From positions 20,090,001 through 20,154,000 of the forward strand of contig CM052818.1 of NCBI GenBank assembly GCA_028534125.1: 64,000 bases of DNA, written 5' to 3'. Positions 63,411 to 64,000 of the stretch are shown here, piece by piece (positions within the stretch are counted from its first letter, which is position 1; every line of letters begins with the position of its first letter). The DNA is from Lama glama. Lineage: Eukaryota. The notes under the pieces were generated by a model. The model was not told the origin of the DNA. It was given only the letters and a program-made list of their open reading frames with translations, and did not search any database. The translations under genes were made by a program, and so were the position numbers.

Positions 63411-64000
63411 ATAGTCCCTTGAACAACTAATTTTCTACCTCTGGGCCTCAGTTTCCATTTCTTTCAAGCAAGAGGGCAGGATCTTTAGAGTTCCTTTAGG
63501 GTGTTTGATGTTTGAATAGTCTGTGCATCATTGAATTATGTGGTGGTCTCTGCCCTATTAGCCTACACTGGCAGAGATGGGAGGCCATCTCTGGGCCACT
63601 TAGGCTCAGTCCATAAACTACGTCTTCAGGGCCTCCATTTCCTACATGGGAAACTAACCACTCTGGGCACCTTGTCTAGGCGGATGCTCTGCTGAAGTGT
63701 GACTTGGCAGGAGTTGGTCTCTAGCATCTCCTTGCCCTCCTGCCATCCTCAAAGCACTCCTGTGGCTGACAACAGAGCACCCAGCAGTGGCTACAAGGGA
63801 GCTTAGATATGGAGAGAAGATCGCAGTCACGTCGGCCCACTCTCCAGATGTAAGGCTCAGATTTAAACTATTAGAAGTGAAAAGGGAAATGGGAGGAAAG
63901 GACCTCACAATGCTGGAAGTGGCTTTCTTTCCAAATTATCATCATGTGTCCCCAGCAAGGCCCCTGCAGATGCCAGAGAGAGTCAGAGATAGCAAGAGAC

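Overview
Mammalian genomic DNA, not prokaryotic. It holds the 5' half of EPAS1 (HIF-2alpha) on the minus strand: a CpG-island promoter near 58.2 kb and coding exons 1-4 (57664-57689, 11101-11291, 2643-2794, 2152-2236; 26+191+152+85 nt, all GT-AG). These encode residues 1-151 (bHLH and start of PAS-A), and the gene continues off the left edge. The 5'UTR carries the known iron-responsive element (58120-58155). The rest is intron (intron 1 is about 46 kb with a 500-N gap) plus about 5.8 kb upstream, containing old MIR, L2, L1M, MER and LTR repeats and one young L1 fragment. I saw no young lineage-specific SINE, which tentatively suggests a camelid. Nearly all ORF-track entries are chance ORFs. 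I found no new gene system. The most unusual observations are: (i) a uAUG inside the IRE stem, with a U10 tract and a 157-codon stop-free frame continuous with the CDS; (ii) a 101-bp dispersed duplication in intron 1; (iii) several motif-dense candidate enhancers (paired HRE plus X-box, E-box/ARE overlap, FOX:ETS pairs, a perfect kB site). Repeat names and boundaries are from memory and approximate.
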